Below, in pieces: positions 10,901 to 20,930 of a stretch of 64,000 nt of DNA. Positions within the stretch are counted from its first letter, which is position 1. The number at the start of each line of letters is the position of its first letter. Under the pieces are notes generated by a model. It was not told where the DNA came from. It saw only the letters and a list, made by a program, of their open reading frames with translations, and did no database searches. Source of the DNA: Felis catus (Eukaryota); contig NC_058382.1 of assembly GCF_018350175.1 (NCBI RefSeq), positions 10,912,001-10,976,000 of the forward strand, written 5' to 3'. Position numbers and translations under genes: made by a program.

Positions 10901-13900
10901 CCAGGCGTCCACTTTTAGATTGCTAGTCCAGTCACGGGACCTCAGAATCTTAGAAAATAAGAAACATAGAATTTTAAAATCAGTCTTAAAGGAATACAAA
11001 CTTTTTTGAATCGCTCATATAACCATAAAGCTACTTCTTTGTTTATTTATTTTTAATTTTTTTTAAACGTTTATTTATTTTTGAGACAGAGAGAGACACA
11101 CAGCATGAACGGGGGAGGGGCAGAGAGAGAGGGAGACACAGAATCGGAAGCAGGCTCCAGGCTCTGAGCCATCAGCCCAGAGCCCAACACGGGGCTCGAA
11201 CTCGCAGACCGCGAGATCGTGACCTGAGCTGAAGTCGGACGCCCAACCGACTGAGCCACCCAGGCGCCCCTTGTTTGTTTATTTAAAGGAGGCTCCACAC
11301 CCAATGTGGGGCTTGAACTCACGACCCCTGAGATCAAGCGTCAGATGCTCTATTGACTGAGCCAGCCAGGCGCCCCTAACCATAAAGCCTTTTAAAAACA
11401 TTAATTATACAAACAATACGTCGTTTGTCACTGGTAAATTAGAAAATTCTGGCAAGGGAAAGGAGCTCCCTGGCTCACGCATGCGCACACACAAACTGGA
11501 CAACTGTGAGAACATGCTGTGATCCAATCTAGTCTTGCCGAACAATGTATCAAAATGTCCCTTCTTGTCCTGAACGAAGGCCAAACATGAGCCACTGTGC
11601 GGTACTCTCCTTTCTGGGGGGAGGGGGGGGGACAGGACTCCGTTAACCCGTCTTCTCTGTTATAACCCAGATTGGATGGACAGCTGCAGCGTGGTCTCGG
11701 GGGGTGCCCAGGATCCTGGGGTCCTTGAGACCTGTTTCCAGAGAGGGAGTGCTGGGTGCGAGGGGCCATCCACTTTTATTGCAATTTCATATTCCTGGGG
11801 AGGAGGGGTCTCCCTCCAGCAGCTGGGGATGGCAGGGGGCGGGGTGCAGAGAACTAGAATCAGTCCTGGGATCCCACACCCAGTCTTGACACTGTATCTT
11901 TGGAGGTGGCCAGAGCTGGGTGGGGTCCCCCTCATTGTCCTGAAGTCCTAAGGAGAGGGGTCTGCAAAGGTCACGTGGACAGGGAGATGAGTGACCCCGC
12001 ATATGGGTGTCTCGACCCCAGGTTCCCACAGAAGGTGCAGAGAGGCCAGCTCCCAGGGGCCTGAGGCCATGTGAAGGGCGGGCCTTTACTAACAAGAAGG
12101 GGACCCGTCCCATCAACCTGTCCCGCCCCCTCCTCACTCTAGGGGCCCTTCGGGGCCTGGCTGTCCCACGCCCACAGAAGAGGGAGTCCTGGCTCTAAAC
12201 CCAGGGGGGTGGACAACCTCTTGAGGGGGCCTGGCTCTCCCTCCCCTCGCCCTCTTCCTCTCCCCAGGGACGAGGAGGTCCCAGGCCCCACGGCCATGGA
12301 ACTGGAGGCCGAGCCATTGCCTGAGCCACCTGTGCGGGCGCCCAGCCCGGAGCCCACGGTGCTGCCACCAGAGGAAACAGTGAGTCTCTGGAGGAGAAGG
12401 TCGGTCAGGGAGAATCCGAGAAAGGCAGGGGCTTCCGGGGTCTTGTGTGCTGCCGGCCTGAAGCCCTCTGGGAGTTGGCTTGATAGAGAGAGAGAATGCA
12501 AAGTAGAGACAAAGTTACTTCAGTCAGAAATCATCCCTCTGAAGAAATAAAGGCCTTTGTGTGTGGGAGGAGGGGGCCGGCCCTTGGTCAGCAGACAGAA
12601 GCTCAAGGCAAAGGTTTATTCTTGAACCGGAAAGGAGGGTAGTTAGGGTGAATTGTTCCCGGAAGAGGGGGCTGGTGAATGAGGGGGGGGGAGACAGAGA
12701 CAAACCAAACAGGGCCTTTTGGTGAGGCAGGCCTTCTCCTGAGGACGCCCAGGGACTGGAGAAGAGGGGAGGGCCATGGTCAAGTTGGGTAAGAGTTGTA
12801 GGAATAGCCCTTTGGTTCCTGTGTGGAAGGTGGGTGGGAAGGGCCCAGACTGGAGGCCGGAGACCAAGGCAGGGGCTGGGGTTAGTTAGGGAAGGAGGAG
12901 ACGTGGGTCACTGCAGGAGCTGTGGGGATTCCGGAAAGATCTAGAGGACAAGGGAAGATCCCAGCCTAGAACCGGTGCCCAAGTCTTGGGCGCTGCAGGA
13001 GCGGGCAACCCTAAGCCAGGTCCCGCACGCAGGCCGAAGCGGCAGCTCCGGAGGCCGTTCCCGCGGCGGCGGCGGCGGCGGCGGTGGCGGCGGAGGCCCA
13101 GGTGACGCTGCGGGAGCTCCAGGAGGCCCTGGAGGAGGAGGTGCTTACACGGCAGAGCCTGAGCCGGGAGCTGGAGGCCATCCGCACAGCCAACCAGAGC
13201 TTCGCCAGGTCGGGGTCGGGGCGCCGGGGCTGGTCGCTACCGTCGGCAGCCCGTCTCGCCCAGGTCCGGTCCGGAAGGGCTCACGGTCTTTCCCTCCCCG
13301 CAGTCAGCTCCGTGAGGCCGAGGCCCGGAACCGAGACCTGGAGGCGCGCGTCCGGCAGCTGCAGGAGCGGATGGAGCTGCTGCAGGCCGGGGGAGACGCA
13401 GGCGAGTCCCCCCTCCGTCCCCTTTCCCGAGGGCGACGGGGGGAGGTGGGCCCGCGGCGTGTGTGGACACCTGGGGGAGGGCGAGGGGCCCAGGCTGGGG
13501 CACGCCGCGCCACCGCCCTCCTCCGTCCCTCCACGCGCCCTACGCCTCTCTCTTCTCCTTCCAGCTGTCACGGGGGTCCCCAGTCCCCGGGCCACGGATG
13601 CACCTTCCCATGTAAGACCCCTCTTTTTCCCCTGTATCAAGCCTGCTGGCCCCTCTGCAACCCCGGCCCCGTCTCCCCGTCCGGATTTAGGGATCACCCT
13701 ATCTCTTTGGGGTTCCAGACGGCAGACACCCTCCACTCAGCCCCACGTCTACCAGACAGCCCTCGGTCCGGGCCTCTAACCAGATCCCATCTAGGATCTC
13801 CCTAGATTCCCTCCCCGACTCCGTTCGCTGTCTCTCGCCTCCTGCCGAGGGCGGCCGGGCCGGGCTGGGCTCCGATCGGGTCACCTGTCCCTTCTCTCTC

Positions 13901-14489
13901 CAGCTAGATGGCCCCCCGGCCGTGGCTCTGGGCCAATGCCCGCTGGTGGGGCCGGGCCCCATGCACCGCCGCCACCTGCTGCTCCCTGCCAGGGTACGTC
14001 CGGCTGCTCACGCCCGCCCGCCGCCGCGCCCCCTCCTCGCACCAAGCACCCCAAGCCTCCTCTGCTTAGCTGCGCCTCTGTCGAGCGGGGCCGCCGCGGG
14101 GAGGGAGGATGCGCGGGCAGCCAATCAGCTCAGGCCGCTAGGAAGCAGCCAGTGGCGAGTTCGGACGAGACTTGAAGCTTGCCCGCGGACCAACCGCAAC
14201 TGCCCGCGGGGGCGGGGCGGGGCGGGGCGGGACGAGAGAGGAGTGTGAACCCACCTATAAGCGTGGGCGTGGCGAGTCCCAGGAGCCAATCGGGGGGCCG
14301 TGCCGCCAAGACCTGATCACGCCCTCTTGTCCGCAGGTCCCTAAGCCTGACCTATCGGAGGCGCGTTCCCTGCTCCTGTTCGCCGTTGCTCTGGCTGCTG
14401 CCGCCGCCTTGGGCTGCACTGGGTTGGTGGCCTGCGCCCACCATCTCGCCCCGGTCTGGCGCCACCCGGGAGCCGCCTTCGCCCCCTGA
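4828..14489 (+). CDS. DMPK: DMPK, myotonic dystrophy protein kinase (AGC family), 635 aa long isoform. join(4828..4987,7243..7334,7637..7720,7810..7905,8461..8609,8974..9067,9357..9563,9648..9911,10631..10716,12268..12379,13033..13208,13304..13401,13565..13611,13904..13993,14337..14489)
   Basis: MSAEVRL N-terminus, [33 protein letters not shown] motif, coiled coil and hydrophobic tail; exons sum to 1908 nt in one open frame. Confidence 0.98.
6130..6290. promoter_or_regulatory. DMPK intron 1 candidate SRF/muscle enhancer
   Basis: Perfect CArG CCTTAAAAGG 6270-6279, near-CArG CCTTTTGTGG 6189-6198, GC boxes between them. Confidence 0.5.
7243..7334 (+). CDS. DMPK: DMPK exon 2
   Basis: (V)[30 protein letters not shown]; ag/gt. 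Confidence 0.96.
7637..7720 (+). CDS. DMPK: DMPK exon 3
   Basis: [28 protein letters not shown]. Confidence 0.96.
7810..7905 (+). CDS. DMPK: DMPK exon 4
   Basis: [32 protein letters not shown]. Confidence 0.96.
8461..8609 (+). CDS. DMPK: DMPK exon 5
   Basis: [13 protein letters not shown]...GYVHR. Confidence 0.96.
8974..9067 (+). CDS. DMPK: DMPK exon 6
   Basis: [31 protein letters not shown]. Confidence 0.96.
9357..9563 (+). CDS. DMPK: DMPK exon 7
   Basis: [16 protein letters not shown]...KIVHYK. Confidence 0.96.
9648..9911 (+). CDS. DMPK: DMPK exon 8 (alternative donor after 9896 removes VSGGG)
   Basis: EHLSLP...LTAM|VSGGG; donors ATG|gtgagc and GGG|gtaggt. Confidence 0.95.
10631..10716 (+). 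CDS. DMPK: DMPK exon 9
   Basis: [28 protein letters not shown] (AGC hydrophobic motif). Confidence 0.95.
11032..11376 (-). mobile_element. Nested CAN-SINEs (young SINEC_Fc ~11055-11270 inside an older SINEC) in DMPK intron 9
   Basis: tRNA-derived head ggggcgcctgggtggctcagtcgg (reverse strand), (CT)n, A-tail; TSD taaccataaagc at 11020-11031 and 11377-11388. Confidence 0.9.
12268..12379 (+). CDS. DMPK: DMPK exon 10
   Basis: [15 protein letters not shown]...PEET; ag/gt. Confidence 0.93.
13033..13208 (+). CDS. DMPK: DMPK exon 11 (poly-Ala and start of the coiled coil)
   Basis: [36 protein letters not shown]... Confidence 0.93.
13063..13092 (+). repeat. Coding (GCG)7GTG(GCG)2 repeat in DMPK exon 11
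   Basis: Read directly from the sequence. Confidence 0.95.
13304..13401 (+). CDS. DMPK: DMPK exon 12 (GC donor)
   Basis: [32 protein letters not shown]; ends GCAG|gcgagt. Confidence 0.9.
13565..13611 (+). CDS. DMPK: DMPK exon 13
   Basis: [16 protein letters not shown]|gtaaga. Confidence 0.93.
13904..13993 (+). CDS. DMPK: DMPK exon 14 (alternative acceptor at 13908)
   Basis: cag|CTAG|ATG tandem acceptors; [30 protein letters not shown]. Confidence 0.93.
14337..14489 (+). CDS. DMPK: DMPK exon 15 (coding part, membrane-anchor tail)
   Basis: [32 protein letters not shown]...AFAP*. Confidence 0.93.
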   Translation, partial: VPKPDLSEARSLLLFAVALAAAAALGCTGLVACAHHLAPVWRHPGAAFAP

Positions 14490-14615
14490 ACCCTAGGACC
14501 CCAAGCTGGAGGGTTGGGTGACCTGGGCACGGCGCAGAAGCCATTCCTACCGCCTCCCCGTTCACACCGCCTCCCAGCGTGGGTCTCCGCCCGAGCTCCA
14601 GCCCTGTGATCCGGG

Positions 14616-14632
14616 CCCGCCCCCTGGCGGCC
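14616..14632 (-). promoter_or_regulatory. CTCF site upstream of the CTG repeat
   Basis: Reverse complement contains CCGCCAGGGGGCGG, which matches the CTCF core; position fits the known DM1 CTCF site 1. Confidence 0.75.
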
Positions 14633-14679
14633 GGGGAGGGAGGAGCAGGGGGCTCCAGGGAGGCTTGTAACCGGGAATG

Positions 14680-14694
14680 CTGCAGTTGCTGCTG
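14680..14694 (+). repeat. Ortholog of the DM1 CTG repeat: CTG CAG TTG CTG CTG (interrupted)
   Basis: Flanks ccgggaatg and gggagaatcgcagacc resemble the human DM1 repeat flanks in the DMPK 3'UTR. Confidence 0.9.
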
Positions 14695-15178
14695 GGGAGA
14701 ATCGCAGACCAACCACCTACTAACTCCGGCCTGGCTGAGGCCCCGCCGTGGATGGGCAAACTGCGATCTAGAGGAGACAGCAGGGCCAGGGCTCGGCCAT
14801 CAGTTTTTCACCCTCCACGCGCCCCCCGCCTATCGGCTCGCAGACCACAAATCCCTGTGCATGAGGCCCTACTATCCTGGGAATGTTCTCTTCCCGCGGC
14901 GAACGTCTAGTGCGAGCCCCGCCCGCCTTCTCGAGAACCTTTTGCTTTCGCCAGCCCCGCTTTTTCGGGGACTCGCGCGCCCTCCTCACGTACGTAGCTC
15001 TCGGGGCCACAGCAGGCTCCGCCCGCCTCGGCAGTTTGGGTATTTATTGACCTGTCCTCCGACCCGCCAAGTTCCAGGACCCCAGCACCCTAATCCACGT
15101 TTTGGATGCACTGAGACCCCGACATTCCTCAGTATTTATTGTCTCTCCACACCTAGGACCCCACCCCCGATCCTCGCG

Positions 15179-15184
15179 AATAAA
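15179..15184 (+). terminator. DMPK poly(A) signal AATAAA
   Basis: Canonical hexamer about 690 nt after the stop codon. Confidence 0.85.
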
Positions 15185-16105
15185 AGGCCCTCCCGTCTGC
15201 CCAAAGCTCTGGACTCCGCGGTGTCCGCTCTCTTGGCGTTGCGGGAACGAGGCTGCTCAGTGGGCCAATTGGAAGGCGAGTGGAGGCGCCCAATGGCCTG
15301 GCAAGAAGCTACAGGGCCGCCAAGCAGACGAATCCGGGCTGGGGGTGGGGGTGGGGACGCTGAAAGGCGTGGCTTCGGCATCCGGCCAATAGGAGGTGGC
15401 TAGCGAGCCGCCCGGAGGCACCGCCCCTTGCCCAGCTGTGGCCCAGCTGTGCCACCCGCAGGCCGGCAAGAAGGGGGTTGGGCCGGCTGCGCGCGCGCGC
15501 GCGGCCATCCTCCTACTACTGCGCTTGCGCGGGCCACGCGACTCTGTCCCAGCGACTAGCTCAAGAAAAGTTGCTGCAAACTTTCTAACCCGTTTCCCCC
15601 GCCCCTTCTCCCTGCCGGACCCGCCCCCCTGCGGAGCCGGGAATTCCGAGGGGCGGAGCGCGGGCCGAGATGGGGCATGGGGGGGCCTTCAGAGGACTCT
15701 GGAGACGGAGGCGTGCAGAAGCTTAGTCTCGGGGCGGAGGTGGCTTCGCGCCCTTAGCCTTCCCGGACGGCCCGTTACCTTCTCCGTTGTCCCGATGGGG
15801 AAACTGAGGCCCTCAGCCTGAGGCACACGCGGGGGGAGGAAAAAGCGCGGCCTGAGGCGGAGGGAAAACAAAAGGAGAATCACGGACAGACGGGGAGGGG
15901 GGCGGGCACACACACAGACACTGGGACAGAGACCCTAGTGGAGAGCTGGGCCTGGCACTGCTGGGGGAGACGCGGGGTCGGCGGGGGGTGGAAGATCGGG
16001 AAGCGCGAAGGGGAGGGCGGAGGGGGGGGGACGGGCGGGGGAGGGGGCTGGGGAAAGCCCGAGGGAGGAGGAGAAGGAGGGAGGAACTTCCCAAAGTTGC
16101 AAAAC

Positions 16106-16902
16106 ATGGCTACCTTGCCTGCGGAGCCGAGCGCGGGGCCGGCGGCTGGGGGGGAGGCGGTGGCGGCGGCGGCGACCGAAGAAGAGGAGGAGGAAGCGCG
16201 CCAGCTCCTGCAGACTTTGCAGGCGGCCGAGGGTGAGGCGGCGGCCGCAGCCGGGGCCGGGGCGGGCGAAGCGGCGGCGGGAGCGGAGGGCCCGGGATCC
16301 CCGGGCGTCCCCGGGTCGCCCCCCGAGGCCGCTGCCGAGCCGCCCACGGGCCTCCGCTTCTCGCCCGAGCAGGTGGCGTGCGTTTGCGAGGCGCTGCTAC
16401 AGGCGGGCCACGCCGGCCGCTTGAGCCGCTTCCTGGGCGCACTGCCCCCGGCCGAGCGCCTACGTGGCAGCGATCCGGTGCTGCGCGCTCGGGCCCTGGT
16501 GGCCTTCCAGCGAGGCGAGTACGCCGAGCTCTACCGGCTGCTGGAGAGCCGCCCCTTCCCCGCCGCCCACCACGCCTTTCTGCAGGACCTCTACCTGCGC
16601 GCGCGCTACCACGAGGCCGAGCGAGCCCGCGGCCGCGCGCTGGGCGCAGTGGACAAGTACCGTCTGCGCAAGAAGTTCCCGCTGCCCAAGACCATATGGG
16701 ACGGCGAGGAGACCGTCTACTGCTTCAAGGAGCGCTCCCGCGCCGCGCTTAAGGCCTGCTATCGCGGCAACCGCTACCCTACGCCGGACGAGAAGCGCCG
16801 CCTGGCCACGCTCACCGGCCTCTCGCTCACGCAGGTCAGCAACTGGTTCAAGAACCGGCGACAGCGCGATCGGACCGGGGGCGGCGGCGCGCCCTGCAAG
16901 AG
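16106..16902 (+). CDS. SIX5: SIX5 exon 1 (SIX domain and homeodomain)
   Basis: aaacATGg Kozak context; AAGAG|gtgagg. Confidence 0.96.
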
Positions 16903-19441
16903 GTGAGGGGAGCCGGGCGGCGCAAGTCCCGCTTTCCCGGGGACGTGCTACCTACCAACCCCCTCTCCCCCATACCCGCGCCGAGCTCCTGGGGACACCT
17001 CCTGCACACACCTTCAGGCGCTCCCCGCCCCCCAGCGCAGGGAATACGTGTGGACGAAACTGGCACACGCCCGGGGCCCTCTCCCCGACCTCACTTCTGT
17101 CGCGTAGGCTGGGAGACCTCTTCCCTCTGCTCCATTCGGAGCTCCATCCCGAATCCCATCCATGTTCTTGGCCAGGGGGAGGCAGTGAAGAAAACGGGGG
17201 GACTGCGGAAAGGGGGGCGGGCCTTTGTCCATCCATCCCGCGTGGGGGCATCTTTCACGCCCGCGGGCTGCCGGGCCTTTCCCTGACCGAGGCTCTTCCT
17301 CACCCCCACCCCGCCACCCCCCTGTGTGCCCAAACAGCGTGGTCCGTCGTCTGTCTTTGTTGTGAAACGTGAACCTTCCCCAGCTCCGGTTTCCCTGTAA
17401 CCCAAGCCCTTCCCCTCCCACCCCTCGCGCCGGCCTCTCTCCCTTCTCTGACGCCCCGGGGGTGGGGGGAAGGCACCGGGAACTGAGCGGGCGGCTGCCT
17501 CTCCACTCTCCGAAGACGCTGGGCTGCTTGCAGCCTGACCCAGGGGACTTCGGGCAGCCCAGTGCTCAGCCTCTGGGGCCCCGAGGCCAAGGGGCTGGGA
17601 GAGGAGGGCCTCCTCCCTCCGATGTGGCCAGCTTCGGCTCTTACGAAGAGGTATCAGCGCTGGACTTGGAAACGCTCTGTCTCAGGGGGCCTTGGGTGGT
17701 CTGACTGAGGAGGTTTTATAACCTCCTGAAATTGGCCACAGAAGTTTGGGCCGGGGAAAGGTGGGGAGGCAGTGGTGGGCCTGTGCTCCTGCAGGGCAGC
17801 TTGCTGGCCGATGCGGAAGCTCAGGCATCGAGGACCACAACTCACGATCCTTTCTCTGGCCAGCGAGTCTGACGGGAACCCCACGACTGAGGACGAGTCC
17901 AGCCGCAGTCCCGAGGACCTGGACAGGGGCGTGGCTCCAGTGGCATCTGAGGCCCCTGCCCAGGGCTCCATATTTCTGGCGGGGGCCGCCCCTCCAGCAC
18001 CGTGCCCTGCCTCCTCTTCCATCCTGGTGAATGGGAGCTTCCTGGCTGCAGGCAGCTCCCCAGCTGTGCTCCTCAATGGGAGCCCCGTCATCATCAACAG
18101 CCTGGCCCTGGGGGAGGCCTCCAGCCTGGGCCCCCTGCTGCTCACGGGGGGCAGTGGCGCTCCTCCACCACCACCGCCCCCACAGCCCAGTCCCCAGGGG
18201 GCCAGTGAGGGCAAGACCTCCCTGGTCCTGGACCCTCAGACCGGGGAGGTTCGACTAGAGGAGGCTCAGCCCGAGGCCCCGGAGACCAAGGAGGCCCAGG
18301 GGGCTGCTTCGGTGCCGGCCGGAGAAGAGGCTCCGGGGCCTCTGCCCCAAGTGGTGCCCGGCCCCCCGCCGGCCGCCACCTTTCCTCTGCCCCCGGGACC
18401 GGTGCCTTCTGTAGCTGCTCCCCAAGTGGTGCCGCTTTCCCCACCCCCTGGGTACCCCGCAGGCCTGGGCCCCACCTCCCCGCTGTTGAACTTGCCCCAG
18501 GTGGTACCCACCTCACAGGTGGTGACGCTGCCCCAGGCTGTGGGGCCACTGCAACTGTTAGCCGCGGGGCCGGGCAGTCCTGTGAAGGTGGCGGCTGCCT
18601 CGGGCCCTACCAACGTGCACCTGATAAACTCCGGCGTGGGCGTGACCGCCCTGCAGCTGCCCTCGGCTGCGGCCCCAGGTACCTCCTGCCTGGCTGGGGC
18701 CTGGGTGACGGCTGGGCTGGCCGAGAGTGCTGTCGGTGGGCTTCTGGGAGGTGGGGCAGCCTGTCCCTGGCGGTGTGTCCCAGAACCCTCCCGACGCCTG
18801 GCCCACCTCTCGTCCCCACAGGAAACTTTCTCCTGGCCAACCCCGTGTCTGGCAGCCCCATCGTGACAGGCGTGGCCGTGCAACAGGGCAAGATCATCCT
18901 CACCGCCACCTTCCCCACAAGCATGCTGGTCTCCCAGGTCCTGCCACCTGCCCCTAGCCTGGCCCTGCCCCTGAAGCCAGACGCAGCCATCTCGGTGCCC
19001 GAGGGAGCCCTCCCAGTGGCGCCCAGCCCTGCCCTCCCGGAGGTCCACGCCCTCGGCCCGCTCTCTGCACATCAGCCGCCACAGCCGCCACCCGCCCCTG
19101 CCGCCACCACTGCCGCCAGCCTGCCCTTCCCTGCGGACTCCTCCGGCCTCCTGCCGGGCTTCCCTGCGCCCCCGCCTGAAGGGCTCATGCTGTCGCCTGC
19201 AGCTATGCCCATCTGGCCGGCAGGCCTGGAACTGAGCGCAGGCACAGAAGGGCTGCTAGAAGCAGAGAAGGGGCTGGGGACGCAGGCCCCCCACACCGTG
19301 CTGAGGCTGCCGGACCCTGACCCTGAAGGACTGCTCCTGGGGTCCACGGCGGGGGGCGAAGTTGATGAGGGGCTGGAAGCCGAGACCAAGGTTCTGACCC
19401 AGCTACAGTCCGTGCCTGTGGAAGACCCCCTGGACCTGTGA
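16106..19441 (+). CDS. SIX5: SIX5 homeobox protein, 743 aa. join(16106..16902,17864..18678,18822..19441)
   Basis: MATLPAEPS; SIX domain ([15 protein letters not shown]...), homeodomain with ETVY and [11 protein letters not shown]; C-terminus [12 protein letters not shown]; phases consistent (2232 nt). Confidence 0.98.
17864..18678 (+). CDS. SIX5: SIX5 exon 2
   Basis: ccag|CGAGTCTGAC (SESDGNP...) ... CCAG|gtacct. Confidence 0.95.
18822..19441 (+). CDS. SIX5: SIX5 exon 3
   Basis: acag|GAAACTTT (GNFLLANP...) to TGA. Confidence 0.95.
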
Positions 19442-20114
19442 CCCGGCCGGGCCTCATCGCCTCTCCTGACAATGGTGCTCAAGGTCCAGGACAGCTCCAG
19501 ACGAGGGGATCGCTCGGACATGACCGCTGGGAGCTGAAGATCCCACACACTACGTATCCCTGGGCCCCTTAACCTCTCCAAGCCCTGGAGGTGCCAGGGG
19601 GCTCCCCACTGCCTGCTCCTGCCCAGGGACACCGTCCTCTGGATTGGAGGCCTCCTCTGTTACAGCCCTCTCCTTGCTCTGTGTCCCCAGTATATGGGGA
19701 GATTTGGGGGTCCTGACTCCGGGGCTGTGCCCCCCTCAACCCAGTACTAGCTGTGAGCTGAAAGTCCTGCCACGTGGCTGGATTTCCAGCCCCCTTGAGC
19801 CCTCTCCCTATCACTCCCTAAAACACTATTAATAGCTCCACTGACATCCAGCGTTCCCAGAACCACTTGGAGGGTGGAGGACAGGCAGTCTGCGCCCCAG
19901 ACCACCAGCCCCTCCCAGCTGGGCCCTTCCTGCTGAAAAGGGAGGCAGGTGCGGGGAGGCCTGGGTGAGGCTCCTCCAGGACTAGAGGCCGCCTGATCAC
20001 GTCCAGCCCCAGACCAAAGATCCCCTCACCCCTGGGGCAACCCTGACCCCTGTGTCTAGTTTGTATCATAAATCTTTATTTTTCTAGGACATGTTATGCC
20101 TCTGTTTCAATCAA

Positions 20115-20120
20115 AATAAA
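20115..20120 (+). terminator. SIX5 poly(A) signal AATAAA
   Basis: Canonical hexamer about 675 nt after the stop codon. Confidence 0.75.
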
Positions 20121-20444
20121 GTTAACAGACAACTAGAACCTCCAGGGGTGTGGGTTCCCTTCTAAATTACTTGCTCAAAGGAAAAGCTGAACTCTAAAAA
20201 GCCCCACCTGAGCTTCTGGCTTTCTCACTGTTGCTCCCTGGTGGGGGGGGGGGGGGCGGGGCCCGGGGTGGGAGTTTAGCTCCGTGGTGCCCCTTGGGAA
20301 GGTGTGGGCAGGGTGTTTCTCAAACTGCAGGCCTCGGGGCCTCTAGATCCTGCAGAAGGAGCACCTCCCACCCAGCGTTGAGGAAGCCAGGGGGCCAAAG
20401 GAGCCTCCCTTGTCTTTCTTGCTGGTAACAAGGGTTCCACTTAC

Positions 20445-20450
20445 TTTATT
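20445..20450 (-). terminator. MEIOSIN poly(A) signal (AATAAA on the minus strand)
   Basis: TTTATT on the plus strand, about 480 nt past the MEIOSIN stop codon. Confidence 0.7.
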
Positions 20451-20930
20451 TTGTGGAGAACAATAAATAGTCTATAAATAGAACAGGGGAGGGAGGTGTG
20501 GGGTTAGGCAAGAATGAATGGGGTTGAAACCATTGGATTCTGGGGTGGGCAAAGGAAGGGCAGGGCGAGACCCTCCGTGTAGACTTTACCTTACTGCATT
20601 TCATTCAGGGCTTCCTCCCACCCTGCAGCTCCCAGGATATACTGGCTAGAAAGGGGGTGAGGGAAGGGCAGTGGACTGCGGGCAGGCACAGTTCAGGCCG
20701 CCCTAGTACAAGGAGGCAAACTCATAAAGCATCAGGGTCAATAAATATGTCCCCTCCCAGCCGCACAGGAACTGGCCAAGGGACCTGCTCAAGGAGGGTT
20801 GAGGCCCAGGAGGGGACGACCTCTTTGTCCTGGCTCCTCACTGCAAACCATCCATAGCTGCAGGAGCTGTGAGATGGGCGGGGGAGGGGAGGGGAGGAGA
20901 GGAGAGGCGAGGCGAGGCAGGGTTACCCTC

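Larger units (their letters stand above)
12990..17000. promoter_or_regulatory. CpG island spanning the DMPK 3' exons and 3'UTR, the SIX5 promoter and SIX5 exon 1
   Basis: Very high GC and CpG density by eye; a known feature of the DM1 locus; boundaries approximate. Confidence 0.85.

Noticed and set aside
10740-11010. Degenerate (cttagaat)-like repeats after DMPK exon 9
   Set aside because: Most likely a decayed simple repeat or old LINE tail; no regular repeat-spacer structure
15938-16105. In-frame GTG-initiated 56-aa extension of SIX5
   Set aside because: G-rich 5'UTR lacking stops by composition; the ATG at 16106 has a good Kozak context and the known N-terminus
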